Below are positions 50,797 through 60,252 of a DNA stretch of 64,000 nt, in pieces. The position numbers were made by a program, and so were the translations under genes. Within the stretch, counting starts at the first letter, position 1. Each line of letters begins with the position of its first letter. Origin of the DNA: Gemmatimonadota bacterium (GTDB lineage: Bacteria > Gemmatimonadota > Gemmatimonadetes > Longimicrobiales > RSA9); assembly GCA_040905425.1 (NCBI GenBank), contig JBBDRO010000080.1:1-64000 (forward strand), read 5' to 3'. A model generated the notes under the pieces. The model did no database searches, had not been told where the DNA came from, and saw only the letters and a program-made list of their open reading frames with translations.

Positions 50797-52074
50797 TCAC
50801 TTCGCGTCGCGCTCGCGCTTCCGGGCCACCGCCTCCTCCGGCGGCGCCGCGGCTGCCTCCCCGCCGGCCTCGTCCAGGCGGGCGGCCCGCTCGGCCAGGC
50901 GGTCCAGGTAGCTCTCCAGATTGGCCCGCGTCTCCGCCACACTGTCCCCGCCGAACTTCTCCAGGAAGGCGTCGGCCAGCACGATGGCCACCATGGCCTC
51001 ACCCACCACCCCCGCGGCCGCAAGCGCCACCACGTCGCTGCGCTCGCGCACGGCCTCGGCCGGCGAACCGGTACGCGTGTCCACGCTCTTCAGCGGCCGC
51101 ATCAGCGAGGAGAGCGGCTTCATGGCCACCCGCGCCACCAGCGGCGCCCCCGTGGTGATGCCGCCCTCCAGGCCGCCGGCGTTGTTGCGTGTGCGGCGAT
51201 ACCCCCCGGTGGCGCGGTTGTTCGGCTCGCGCTCGATCTCGTCGTGGACGTCGGAGCCGTGCCGGCGGGCCGCTTCGAAGCCCAGACCGATCTCCACGCC
51301 CTTCATGGCCTGGATGCTCATGAGGGCGCCGGCCAGGCGCCCATCGAGGCGGCGATCCCATGCCACGTGTGAGCCCAGCCCCACGGGCAGCCCGCGCGCC
51401 ACCACCTCGAAGACACCGCCCAGCGTATTGCCGCCCCGCCGCGCCTCGTCGATCGCCTCGATCATGCGGGCTTCCGCCTCCGCGTCCAGCGTGCGCAGCG
51501 GGGAGGCATCCGCCACGGCGTTGATGTCCTCCGGGAGCTCGCCCGGCATCGTCGCTTGAACAGGGCCCAGCGAGACGATATGGCTGCCGATGCGCACACC
51601 GAACTCGGCCAGCAGCCGCTTGGCCACCGCACCCGCCGCCACGCGGGCGGTGGTCTCCCGGGCCGAGGCGCGCTCCAGGATGTCCCGCGCGTCATCACGG
51701 TCGTACTTGAGGATGCCCGCCAGGTCCGCGTGCCCGGGGCGCGGCAGGTGCACGCGGCGGAGCTGCTTCTCCTCCACGTCGGCCGCGGGCGCGGCGGCGG
51801 CCATGGCCGTCTCCCAGTTCTGCCAGTCCCGGTTCCACACCAGCAGGGCAATGGGCGCGCCCAGCGTCTGCCCCAGCCGGATGCCGGCCAGCGCCTCCGC
51901 CCGGTCCTGCTCGATCTTCATGCGCCCGCCGCGCCCGTAGCCGCCCTGGCGGCGGCGCAGGTCCTCATCCACGTCGGTGGCCAGATCCAGCGGCAACCCC
52001 GCGGGCACCCCCTCGATGACGGTGACCAGCCCCCGGCCGTGTGATTCTCCCGCCGTGGTGAAGCGGAAATGCAT
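50797..52074 (-). CDS. aroC: Chorismate synthase
   Basis: TAGESHG, RPGHAD, ERASARET, N.AGGLEGG. Confidence 0.97.
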   Translation of the reverse strand: MHFRFTTAGESHGRGLVTVIEGVPAGLPLDLATDVDEDLRRRQGGYGRGGRMKIEQDRAEALAGIRLGQTLGAPIALLVWNRDWQNWETAMAAAAPAADVEEKQLRRVHLPRPGHADLAGILKYDRDDARDILERASARETTARVAAGAVAKRLLAEFGVRIGSHIVSLGPVQATMPGELPEDINAVADASPLRTLDAEAEARMIEAIDEARRGGNTLGGVFEVVARGLPVGLGSHVAWDRRLDGRLAGALMSIQAMKGVEIGLGFEAARRHGSDVHDEIEREPNNRATGGYRRTRNNAGGLEGGITTGAPLVARVAMKPLSSLMRPLKSVDTRTGSPAEAVRERSDVVALAAAGVVGEAMVAIVLADAFLEKFGGDSVAETRANLESYLDRLAERAARLDEAGGEAAAAPPEEAVARKRERDAK

Positions 52075-52278
52075 GGCTTCCCTTCCCCGTAAGCAGAGAG
52101 CCCGGACGCGCCGGGCTCTCCAAAGTTCCATTCGTGCTTCCGGCCCGCGGTATATACCGCCGACGGGTGGCCGGTGTCCAGCCATGCACCGCGCCCGGCG
52201 AGCGAGGGCCGGTCCACGGAGGGCGCACGAGGCGGTCCCCATCCGCGGCCCGACCCGCGCCCCGCACGGGGAACGGCT

Positions 52279-52310
52279 GCCGGGCCGGGAGAGCTTCCCC
52301 CCGGCCCGGC
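52279..52310 (-). terminator. GC-rich hairpin after the large lipoprotein gene (no U-tract)
   Basis: GCCGGGCCGGG...CCCGGCCCGGC inverted repeat. Confidence 0.5.
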
Positions 52311-52316
52311 CGTGCG

Positions 52317-55300
52317 TCAGTTGTTGATGTCCTTCTCGCGCACGTTGACGATCACCACGCGGCCGCCGGCGGTGACACCCGCCAGCTTCACCACGATGAA
52401 GTTCGGGTCACCGGGCACCAGACCCACATTCTCGGCCGCGTTCGGCAGATACGCGCGCAGCGGTCCGGTGATGTTGTCCCGGATGGCAATCTCGCCGCGC
52501 TCGTAGAAGTGCACGGTGTCAATGATCTTGATGGTCTGGTTCGGCGTCCCTACGAAGGAGAGCCGTTCCGACGCGGGCGGCACGTCGGTGGCGTGCAGCG
52601 GATGCAGCGCGGCACCGCCCCCGCCCCCGGCTATCCCGCTCGTGAACTGCCCCTGCAGGCGCAGTTCCTCGTCGAAGTAGTAGACGTTGTCCGAGCCGCG
52701 GGCCACGCCCAGCAGACCGTCCTGGTTGAGCCCCAGACCCAGCACCCGTTCGCTGGCGTTGTTGATGAGGTCCTGCACGGCCACCTGGTCGCTCACCCCG
52801 AACTGGATGAAGCCGCCTACGCCGAAGCTCACGTCGCAGCAGAGAATGATGCGACCCGTGGGATCACTCGCGCCCTCGCCGAAGGCAATCGTGTTGCGAT
52901 CCCCCGAGGCGGCCACGAAGGTGGTATCCGAGAGGGCATAGGCGTCAATGTTCCAGCCGGCGCCCGCCACCCAGGCCACGTCGGAGCCCTTGGCCTGCAG
53001 ATCCGTCAACGCCGTGTTGATGGGCAGCGCAGCCGACTGCAGGAACGAACCGGGCTGGCCCGGGACGTGGTCGTACAGGATGATCAGATCGTCGCTGCTC
53101 ACGCCGCCCACGATCGACAGGCTGTCGATGTACGCCACCGCCCACGTGTCATCCGTGGACGTGACCGCCTCGCGGTTGTAGAGCAGCTTCACCTCGGGTT
53201 CGTCATCGGCGATCCCGTTCTGGTTGGGATCCGTGTCCACGAAGCGGATCGTGCCCGGCGTGGCCGAGCTGGTCGGCACCGTGGAGTAGAGCAGCGTGCC
53301 GTTGGCGTGCTGCGCGATGAACTGTGGCCGGTCACTGAAGTCGTGCCATTCCGCCGAGTAGCGGACCAGACCGTTGGACCGCCCCGCGATCACCGTGAAC
53401 AGCACGTTGTTCGGCGTGCGGATGCGGCGGCCGACATCCTCCTCGAGGTCGTCCGCCTGGGCGTCATCGATCACCACGTGGGAGATGTTCGTGCCGCCCG
53501 AGTTGGCCACGATGAGCGTGTCCCCCGTGTTGTTGATGACCATGCCCCACGGCGCGGCGCCCACGAGTCCCTTGCCCGAAGCCGAGCCGGTGGCCACGAA
53601 CGTGGTGTCACTCAGGCGGAGCACGTCCACCTTGTTGTTGCTGATGTTGGACATGTAGAGGCGCTGGCGCGGCACGTCCACGACCGCGTCGGCAATGGTA
53701 CCGCCGTCCGGCAGCGCCACGCTCGAGCCGGCGGTCACGGTGACCACGGTCTGGAGACCACCCGCATTCAGCGCGGTATAGTAGTTCGTACCGGCGTCCA
53801 CCACGGTGTCACATGCCAGCGACGGCACGAAGGTGGTGGACACGCTGGCGCCGCAGTTGCCCGCCGTGTCCACGGCGAAGGCGTGCGCCTGGAGCGTGAA
53901 CCTGCGCGGCAGCTCCCAGTCCAGCAGTTCGTGGAACGCCTCACTCAGGCGGAACGTCAACACCCGGGTGGGTGAACCCGTCAGGCCTGGCGTGAACGTG
54001 TCGCTGGCCATGTAGAAGGTGTCCCGCGCCACGGTGGACGTGTCGGGGATGGCAATGACCACCGCACCCATGCGGCGGATGCCGCTACCGCCGTTGTCCG
54101 TGGCCGTCACGGAGACGGTGATCGAGTCATCCAGCTCGATGCGGGTGCCCGGCGGGGTGATGGTGAGCAGCACCTGCGGCTTCGTGGTGTCGGCCACCGC
54201 CGTCTGCGTCACCTCCACCGAGATGCCCTCCGCCGCCACGCCGGCAATGCCATTCCGGTTCCATGCGGTGCCGTTGATGGTGAGCGTACCCGTCGTGTTG
54301 GCCACGATGAGGGTGGTGTCCCGCGTGACGTCGGTGGCCGGCGCCAGGTTGCGCCAGTAGAAGGTCGTGTCCATCACGCCGGTGACACTGATGCGCATGC
54401 TGTCCAGGCCCACCGCGGCGTCCTCTGCCCGGATCTGCAACGAGAGCTGCCCGCCCGCCTGTACCACGGAGCCCGGATTGGTGAGCGTCACCCGCGGGCC
54501 GCCCACGCTGACGTCCACGGTGTCGGTGCCCACGTTGCCCAGACTGTCCGTGGCCTGGACCACGATGTAGACCACCTCTGAGACCGTGTCCGCGGTGGCC
54601 AGCAGGTAGCGGCTCACCGTGGTGTCGGTGGGCAGCGTGGTCTGCGGCGCCTGCGGGAAGGTGATGGTCTTCTCCACGAGCTTGTCCACGACCTGGGTGT
54701 TCGCGAAGGGGTCCTGCCGGATGGCAATCCCCTTCATGCTGATGCTCTTGATGCCGGTGAGGTCGGAGACCCCGACGGTCACCAGCACGCTGTCTCCCAG
54801 GGGGTAGGTGGCCCCTGAACCGGGCGCCAGGATGTTGACCACCGGCACGCCCGAATCCACCACCGTGAGCGCCTGCAGGCTGGAGATGCCGCGCAGGCCC
54901 GCCGCGTCGAAGGCTATACCCAGGACGTTGTAGGTCCCTGGCTGCAGCGCGAACGGGACGGTGAACGTGAAGGTGGTGTCCTTGCGAATCCCCGCCGTGT
55001 TCACGACGGTCGGGATCCCACCGATGGTATCGCCGGCCGAGGTGAGTACGGCGTAGCCCACCCGGCCCAGCCCCACGTTGTCGGCGGCCTGTACCCGGAT
55101 GGAAATCGTGCTGCCTGAGCCGACCGAACCCGGCGCGACCGTGGAACTCACGGTGGGACCGGTGACGTCCCGAACCTTCACCGTAGTCTCCCGTACGGCA
55201 CTCACCTCGCCAGCCTCGTCCGTGGCCGTGGCGCGCACGATCAGGAGCGTGTCCGGGATCTCCACCGGGAGGGACACGGACGCGTCCACCGTGACGTTGT

Positions 55301-56537
55301 TGCGTGACGGGCTGATGGGGAACTCCAGGTCCTCCGTGGCCGCGCCGCGGAACGTGATGTTCACCCTGGTGAGCGGCCGCACGCCGCTGGCCACCACCCG
55401 TACGTCCACGACCTGGCCGCCGCGCGGGTCGGCCGTCAGGATGGTCAGCGATTCCACCACCGGCGCGCCGGTGTTGATGGCGATGGTGGCGGAGACCGGC
55501 GCGCTCACCGCGCCGCCCACGTCCACCGCGAAGGCGCGAACGCGCAGTTCGGGATCCGTCACGTCACCCGGAATGGGGATCGAGATGCTACGCGTCAACG
55601 ACGCGGCGGCCGGATTCACCTCCACGACCGTGTCCCGGCTGATGGCGCCGCGCAGCTCGAAGCGCAGGCTGGCCACCTTGCGGACGGCCGATGCGGTGAT
55701 CTCCAGGTCCGCCCGGCCGCCCGGCTGGGCGCTGGCCGGCGCCACCATGCTGAGCGTGGGGCCCGGCACGGCGAGCGGGATCTCGAGCACCGTGGCCGGG
55801 CTCGTGAGGCCGCTCTCGTCCCGCGCGGCCACGGCCAGGCGGAGCACCGTGTCCTGCACCACGTCCGGCACGCTCAGCGTCACCTCACGGGAGACCGTGC
55901 GGGAGCTGGGCGAGATGGTGATGGTCTGATCCTCGGTGAACGCACCGCTCGCGGACACCAGCAGGGTCGAGATCGGACGGCCGCCGCTGGCCGTAATGGT
56001 GAACGTGAAGGCCGTGCCCACGCGTGCGCTGTCCGGCGCGCCGACCACCTGCACGGCGGGCGGTCCGACCACGATGACGGTATCCGTGTAAATGCGGCTC
56101 ACCGCGCCGATGCGATCCACGGCGGACGCCTGCACGACCAGAATGCTGTCCTGCACCGTCGTGGGCAGGGCCAGGGAAATGAGCTCCGTGACCTGGCTGG
56201 CCGGCGAGGCGATGGTGATGAGTGTGTCGCGTGAGAACGCACCGCTCACCGAGAAGTTGATTTCCGTCACCTCCCGTGGAGCCGCCGCGGTCACGCGGAT
56301 ACCGATCGTATCCCCCGCCACCGCCGACCCCGGACCCGCCACCTCCACGATGCGTGGCTGCAGGGTGGGGCTGTCGCCGCTGAAGAGGTTGTCCCCGTCG
56401 CAGGCGCCCAGGACCATCAGCGCCGACAAAGCGCTGGCGGCCAGAATGGCGCGCCGACTCACGGGCGCGGTGGCGCCCCCGTGGCGGGAAGGTCGGGCGC
56501 TCGAAGCACCCGCGTCGGTGTGGTAGCTCACGTTCAT
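52317..56537 (-). CDS. 1406-aa lipoprotein with about 8 Ig-like repeats and a C-terminal beta-propeller (putative adhesin)
   Basis: SRRAIL...LGAC signal; recurring A.D..G motifs at about 100-aa spacing; YVTN-like RLYMSN/DTLIVAN; DPNQNG loop. Confidence 0.8.
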   Translation of the reverse strand: MNVSYHTDAGASSARPSRHGGATAPVSRRAILAASALSALMVLGACDGDNLFSGDSPTLQPRIVEVAGPGSAVAGDTIGIRVTAAAPREVTEINFSVSGAFSRDTLITIASPASQVTELISLALPTTVQDSILVVQASAVDRIGAVSRIYTDTVIVVGPPAVQVVGAPDSARVGTAFTFTITASGGRPISTLLVSASGAFTEDQTITISPSSRTVSREVTLSVPDVVQDTVLRLAVAARDESGLTSPATVLEIPLAVPGPTLSMVAPASAQPGGRADLEITASAVRKVASLRFELRGAISRDTVVEVNPAAASLTRSISIPIPGDVTDPELRVRAFAVDVGGAVSAPVSATIAINTGAPVVESLTILTADPRGGQVVDVRVVASGVRPLTRVNITFRGAATEDLEFPISPSRNNVTVDASVSLPVEIPDTLLIVRATATDEAGEVSAVRETTVKVRDVTGPTVSSTVAPGSVGSGSTISIRVQAADNVGLGRVGYAVLTSAGDTIGGIPTVVNTAGIRKDTTFTFTVPFALQPGTYNVLGIAFDAAGLRGISSLQALTVVDSGVPVVNILAPGSGATYPLGDSVLVTVGVSDLTGIKSISMKGIAIRQDPFANTQVVDKLVEKTITFPQAPQTTLPTDTTVSRYLLATADTVSEVVYIVVQATDSLGNVGTDTVDVSVGGPRVTLTNPGSVVQAGGQLSLQIRAEDAAVGLDSMRISVTGVMDTTFYWRNLAPATDVTRDTTLIVANTTGTLTINGTAWNRNGIAGVAAEGISVEVTQTAVADTTKPQVLLTITPPGTRIELDDSITVSVTATDNGGSGIRRMGAVVIAIPDTSTVARDTFYMASDTFTPGLTGSPTRVLTFRLSEAFHELLDWELPRRFTLQAHAFAVDTAGNCGASVSTTFVPSLACDTVVDAGTNYYTALNAGGLQTVVTVTAGSSVALPDGGTIADAVVDVPRQRLYMSNISNNKVDVLRLSDTTFVATGSASGKGLVGAAPWGMVINNTGDTLIVANSGGTNISHVVIDDAQADDLEEDVGRRIRTPNNVLFTVIAGRSNGLVRYSAEWHDFSDRPQFIAQHANGTLLYSTVPTSSATPGTIRFVDTDPNQNGIADDEPEVKLLYNREAVTSTDDTWAVAYIDSLSIVGGVSSDDLIILYDHVPGQPGSFLQSAALPINTALTDLQAKGSDVAWVAGAGWNIDAYALSDTTFVAASGDRNTIAFGEGASDPTGRIILCCDVSFGVGGFIQFGVSDQVAVQDLINNASERVLGLGLNQDGLLGVARGSDNVYYFDEELRLQGQFTSGIAGGGGGAALHPLHATDVPPASERLSFVGTPNQTIKIIDTVHFYERGEIAIRDNITGPLRAYLPNAAENVGLVPGDPNFIVVKLAGVTAGGRVVIVNVREKDINN

Positions 56538-56600
56538 GAGTCGATCCTATTCAACCGGTGGCCGAAATCCGGGGAGACCGGACATACCGCCGGAGCCGCG

Positions 56601-58421
56601 TTAATCTTCAGGTATGATGTAGGGCGTGACCGTGATGATGAGGTCACGCTTGTTCACCCGTTCCGTGGTGTTGCGGAAGAGCGCGCCGATGACCGGCAGA
56701 TCCATGAGGATCGGAATCCCCTGGCGGATCCGGCTCTCCTCCTCGATGGTGAGCCCGGCGATGACCACCGTCTCCCCGTCCCGGACCGTCACTTCGGTGT
56801 CCGCCAGCTGCGTGGCGAACGTGATCCCCAGATCACCGGGCGCCAGTGCGATGTTGGAACGCTCGGCGTGGATCACCATGCGCACGTTGTCACCCGTCAC
56901 GTGCGGCGTTACCCGCAGGATCACACCCGTATTCTCGAACTGGACCGTGGCGCGGGGTGCCTGCGCCCCCTCCCCGCCGCCGCCGGCCGCGCCATAATCC
57001 GCCACCCGTACGGGCGTACGTTCACCCACCTGGATGTTGGCCAGGCGGTGGTTCATGACGGTGACCATGGGCTCCGCCTGGATGTCACTCAGGCTGAGGT
57101 CCTGAAGCGCCTGCAGGAAGGTGATCAGCGTGTGCCTGCCGAGCACCAGGGAGGTCACCACCTCGAGCGGGCTGCCCGCGGCCCGGGCGGCCGCGTTGCC
57201 GAGGGCGGCGATCGAGTTGCCGCCCAGCAGCACCACGCTCTGGTCCGTGGCCTCGTCCGGCTCCAGCACGCCGTTGTTGTTGGCGTCGCGAAACCCGCCG
57301 ACGAGCTCGTTGAGCTGGTTACCCTGGGAGTCCTTGAGGTCGTAGATCACCCCGAGGTTCTCCAGCGCCGTACGATCCACGAAGGTGATGCTGGCCTTGA
57401 TGCCCACCTGGATGGCGGGCACGTCGAGGCTCTCGATCACGTTCGCGATGCGCGCCAGCCGGGACGGGAAGTCGGTGACCACGAGGGCGTTGCTCGCCGT
57501 CACCACGGCCACGCTACCCGTGTCACTCACCATCTGGCGGATCTGTGGCGCGAGCGAATCCACGCTCTGGTACTTCATTTCGAAGGTGCGCGTCTCCAGG
57601 TTCTCGGCCACCTGGGCGCGCTGCGCCGCGGACTCGGCGGAGACGATCTGCAGGATGTTGTTCTGATCCTCCAGCAGCGCCATGTCATTGGCGCGCAGGA
57701 TGGATTCAAAGGCCTGGCGCCAGGGAAGGTCGCCGCGGATCTGCGCTGTGATGACTCTGTCCCTTACGTCACTGGCCACCACGATCGTGCGATCCACGAT
57801 GTCCATCAGGACGTTGGCAATGTCCGCCACGGAGCGCTGCACGAACTCGATCTCGATGCGCAGCTCTTGGGGCTCCTGCGGGTCCTGCAGGAGGAGTGGG
57901 GCCGTGAGCGGGACCGTTGCGGGCGCGTTGGCGCGCTCGCGCTCCGTGTCCAGCCGGAGATCCGCGGCCGCGGCGGGTGGTACGGCTGCCGCGGCTTCCC
58001 GCACCGTGGCGGCCAGGATGTCCTCCACGTCACCCGTGGTCCAGGGCTCGAAGGACGCACCCTCGTGGGGGAAGGAAACCCGCACCTGCCCGGGGGCATG
58101 GCTCACCCGATAGCTTACCGGGCCGTCCAGGTCGATGACCACCCGCACCGTGGCGTTGTCGAACTGCGCCACGCGGAGGGAGCGGACGCCGCCGCGGTTG
58201 ATGCCCGTGTAATCCCGCTTCTCGGCCGTGCCCGCCATGTCGATCACGATGCGCGCCGGGCTGCCGAGCTGGAAGTCCGTGGCCGTGATGGCTCCATCCA
58301 CGGCGATCACCACCTCGGTGCTGCCGCTGCCGGGCACGACGCCGAGGCCGCGAACCGCCGGCAGGTCATGCGCCAGGGGTGGCGCCAGCAGCGCCGCCAG
58401 AAATGCTATGAGAGCTGTCAT
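56601..58421 (-). CDS. pilQ: Type IV pilus secretin (AMIN plus secretin)
   Basis: AMIN domain (PARIVID, VRVVIDL), VRDGETVVIAGL, IP.L.DLPVIGALFR, VTPYII. Confidence 0.93.
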   Translation of the reverse strand: MTALIAFLAALLAPPLAHDLPAVRGLGVVPGSGSTEVVIAVDGAITATDFQLGSPARIVIDMAGTAEKRDYTGINRGGVRSLRVAQFDNATVRVVIDLDGPVSYRVSHAPGQVRVSFPHEGASFEPWTTGDVEDILAATVREAAAAVPPAAAADLRLDTERERANAPATVPLTAPLLLQDPQEPQELRIEIEFVQRSVADIANVLMDIVDRTIVVASDVRDRVITAQIRGDLPWRQAFESILRANDMALLEDQNNILQIVSAESAAQRAQVAENLETRTFEMKYQSVDSLAPQIRQMVSDTGSVAVVTASNALVVTDFPSRLARIANVIESLDVPAIQVGIKASITFVDRTALENLGVIYDLKDSQGNQLNELVGGFRDANNNGVLEPDEATDQSVVLLGGNSIAALGNAAARAAGSPLEVVTSLVLGRHTLITFLQALQDLSLSDIQAEPMVTVMNHRLANIQVGERTPVRVADYGAAGGGGEGAQAPRATVQFENTGVILRVTPHVTGDNVRMVIHAERSNIALAPGDLGITFATQLADTEVTVRDGETVVIAGLTIEEESRIRQGIPILMDLPVIGALFRNTTERVNKRDLIITVTPYIIPED

Positions 58422-58969
58422 CTTTCCATCCCTCCAGTGCTCGAGCTGCGCATGCGAAGCTGCTCCTGCCGGCGCACACCGAACTCGTCCACGCCCACGA
58501 CGACTGCGCCGCGGGATATATCCAGAACGGTCACGTTGCCGAGGACGCTGCCCCGGCGCACCCGGTACACCGTACCGGCCGCGTCACGGATCTCCGCGAT
58601 GCTGCGCCCCGGCTGCGCGGGCACCACGGTGGTGGACAGCAGGGTCAGCTCATCGAACGTGGGGCCCATGCCGCTGGCGGCCGAGAGCACCATGAACGGG
58701 TCGCGCCGTTCGCCACGCGGGTAGGTGTACACCTCGCGCTCGAAGAGGAAGCGCGTGGGCGTCTGGGCGTCCGCCAGGACCACCGTGTCACCTTCGACCG
58801 TGGGCAGCGTGCCGCCTCTCGCGCCCGGCGGCACCTCCGGCGGCGGAGGCCGATCCTGGCCCTGGGCCGGCGGCGGTGCGCCCTGAGCGGCGGGCGGCCC
58901 CTGCGCCCCCACCGCCGTGGCGGAGAGCAGCAGCAGGACCGCGAGTGCGGCCGTGGTATCACGGAGCAT
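58418..58969 (-). CDS. pilP: PilP-like protein
   Basis: Position between pilO and pilQ; Y....RRDPF motif; no lipobox Cys. Confidence 0.65.
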   Translation of the reverse strand: MLRDTTAALAVLLLLSATAVGAQGPPAAQGAPPPAQGQDRPPPPEVPPGARGGTLPTVEGDTVVLADAQTPTRFLFEREVYTYPRGERRDPFMVLSAASGMGPTFDELTLLSTTVVPAQPGRSIAEIRDAAGTVYRVRRGSVLGNVTVLDISRGAVVVGVDEFGVRRQEQLRMRSSSTGGMER

Positions 58970-59576
58970 CGCCGGTACCTCCCTGGGGCTCGGCCACTGC
59001 CTGGGGCGGCGGCAACACATACGTCTGGATCTTGAACTCGGCGGTCACGATGGCCTCCCCCTCCGGCGCTTCCTCGGTGGAGCGGGCCAGCTGCAGCTCA
59101 ATCGGTGTGATGATGCGCTCCATGGAACCGATGCGGGACAGGAGATAGCCGATCTGGTGGTATCCCCCGCTCACCTCCACGTCGTAGAGCTGCTTGCTGT
59201 AATAGCCGGGTTCCTCGGCGGGAATGCTAACCGGGCTGATACCCACGAAGTTCAATCCCGCCTCATTGGTGAGCTCCGTGACCCGGTGGATCAATCCGGA
59301 TACCTCCTCCGACTCAGGGATGAGGCCCTCGAGCATGCGGATGTGCTCCTGCACCAGCTCCACCTGCGCCTGGATGCCCTGCCCCCCCAGCTGGTTGATG
59401 CGTCCCTGGGTGGTGATGTTCTTGGACTCCAGATCGGCCACCTGGGTCTCGAGCGTCTCGATCTCGATGACCTTGCCGGGCCGCAGGAAGTAGTACCAGC
59501 CTACGAAAATCAATAGCGGCACGAGGCCGATCAGCAGGATCTGCTGTTTCTTGGGGTCCTGTGGAAGGAGTGCCAT
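58959..59576 (-). CDS. pilO: Type IV pilus assembly protein PilO
   Basis: TM plus coiled coil; LIP...EV..L; GGYHQIG..L..I..M.RI. Confidence 0.88.
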   Translation of the reverse strand: MALLPQDPKKQQILLIGLVPLLIFVGWYYFLRPGKVIEIETLETQVADLESKNITTQGRINQLGGQGIQAQVELVQEHIRMLEGLIPESEEVSGLIHRVTELTNEAGLNFVGISPVSIPAEEPGYYSKQLYDVEVSGGYHQIGYLLSRIGSMERIITPIELQLARSTEEAPEGEAIVTAEFKIQTYVLPPPQAVAEPQGGTGDAP

Positions 59577-59577
59577 G

Positions 59578-60240
59578 TCAGAGACCTCCTTCCACGGTCA
59601 GGATCGACTCCAGCGTGATCACGTCTGGCGGCGGCGCCGAGTAATCGGCCTCCACCGTGAAGCTGTACACCAGCTTCTCATTGTCCAGCATCTGGTCGGT
59701 CCCGATGAAGCGCACGTCACCGATGAAATAGGACGCCGAGAGGTTGTTCATGAACGCCGTAACGGCAAACATGTTGGCCGCCTTGCCGGCGATGCTCATG
59801 CTCGGCTGCATGGGATCGGCCCCGCCCGTGATGTCCTGGACGTTGTCCAGCCACAGGTAGTCCGGTACCGCCCGGCTGATCTCATCCATCAGATGCGCCC
59901 AGTTGTAGCGCGCCTCGTCGATGGTCTCGATCACGGCCACGCGGTCGGCCACATCCCTGCGGATGGAGTCCAGCACCTGCACCTGGGCGTAGACGGCGCT
60001 CAGATTGATGGAATCCTGCACCGCGCCGTCGTACTGTGCCTGGAGGTCCGCCAGCGTGGAGCGCTGCCCCAGGAACATCCACAGCGTGAGCGCCGGCACC
60101 ACCAGCCACATGGCCACGGCAAACGCCATCAGGCGGTCGAACTCGGGAAGCTTGGCACCCTTCAGCTTGCCGGGCAGGCCGCCGCCCGCTCGCCGTCGGC
60201 TGCGCTTGGCGGACCCGGGCAGAAGATTGATTTCAATCAT
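59578..60240 (-). CDS. pilN: Type IV pilus assembly protein PilN
   Basis: MIEINLLP PilM-binding motif; TM; P.YLWL. Confidence 0.92.
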   Translation of the reverse strand: MIEINLLPGSAKRSRRRAGGGLPGKLKGAKLPEFDRLMAFAVAMWLVVPALTLWMFLGQRSTLADLQAQYDGAVQDSINLSAVYAQVQVLDSIRRDVADRVAVIETIDEARYNWAHLMDEISRAVPDYLWLDNVQDITGGADPMQPSMSIAGKAANMFAVTAFMNNLSASYFIGDVRFIGTDQMLDNEKLVYSFTVEADYSAPPPDVITLESILTVEGGL

Positions 60241-60252
60241 GCGCCTGGCCTC

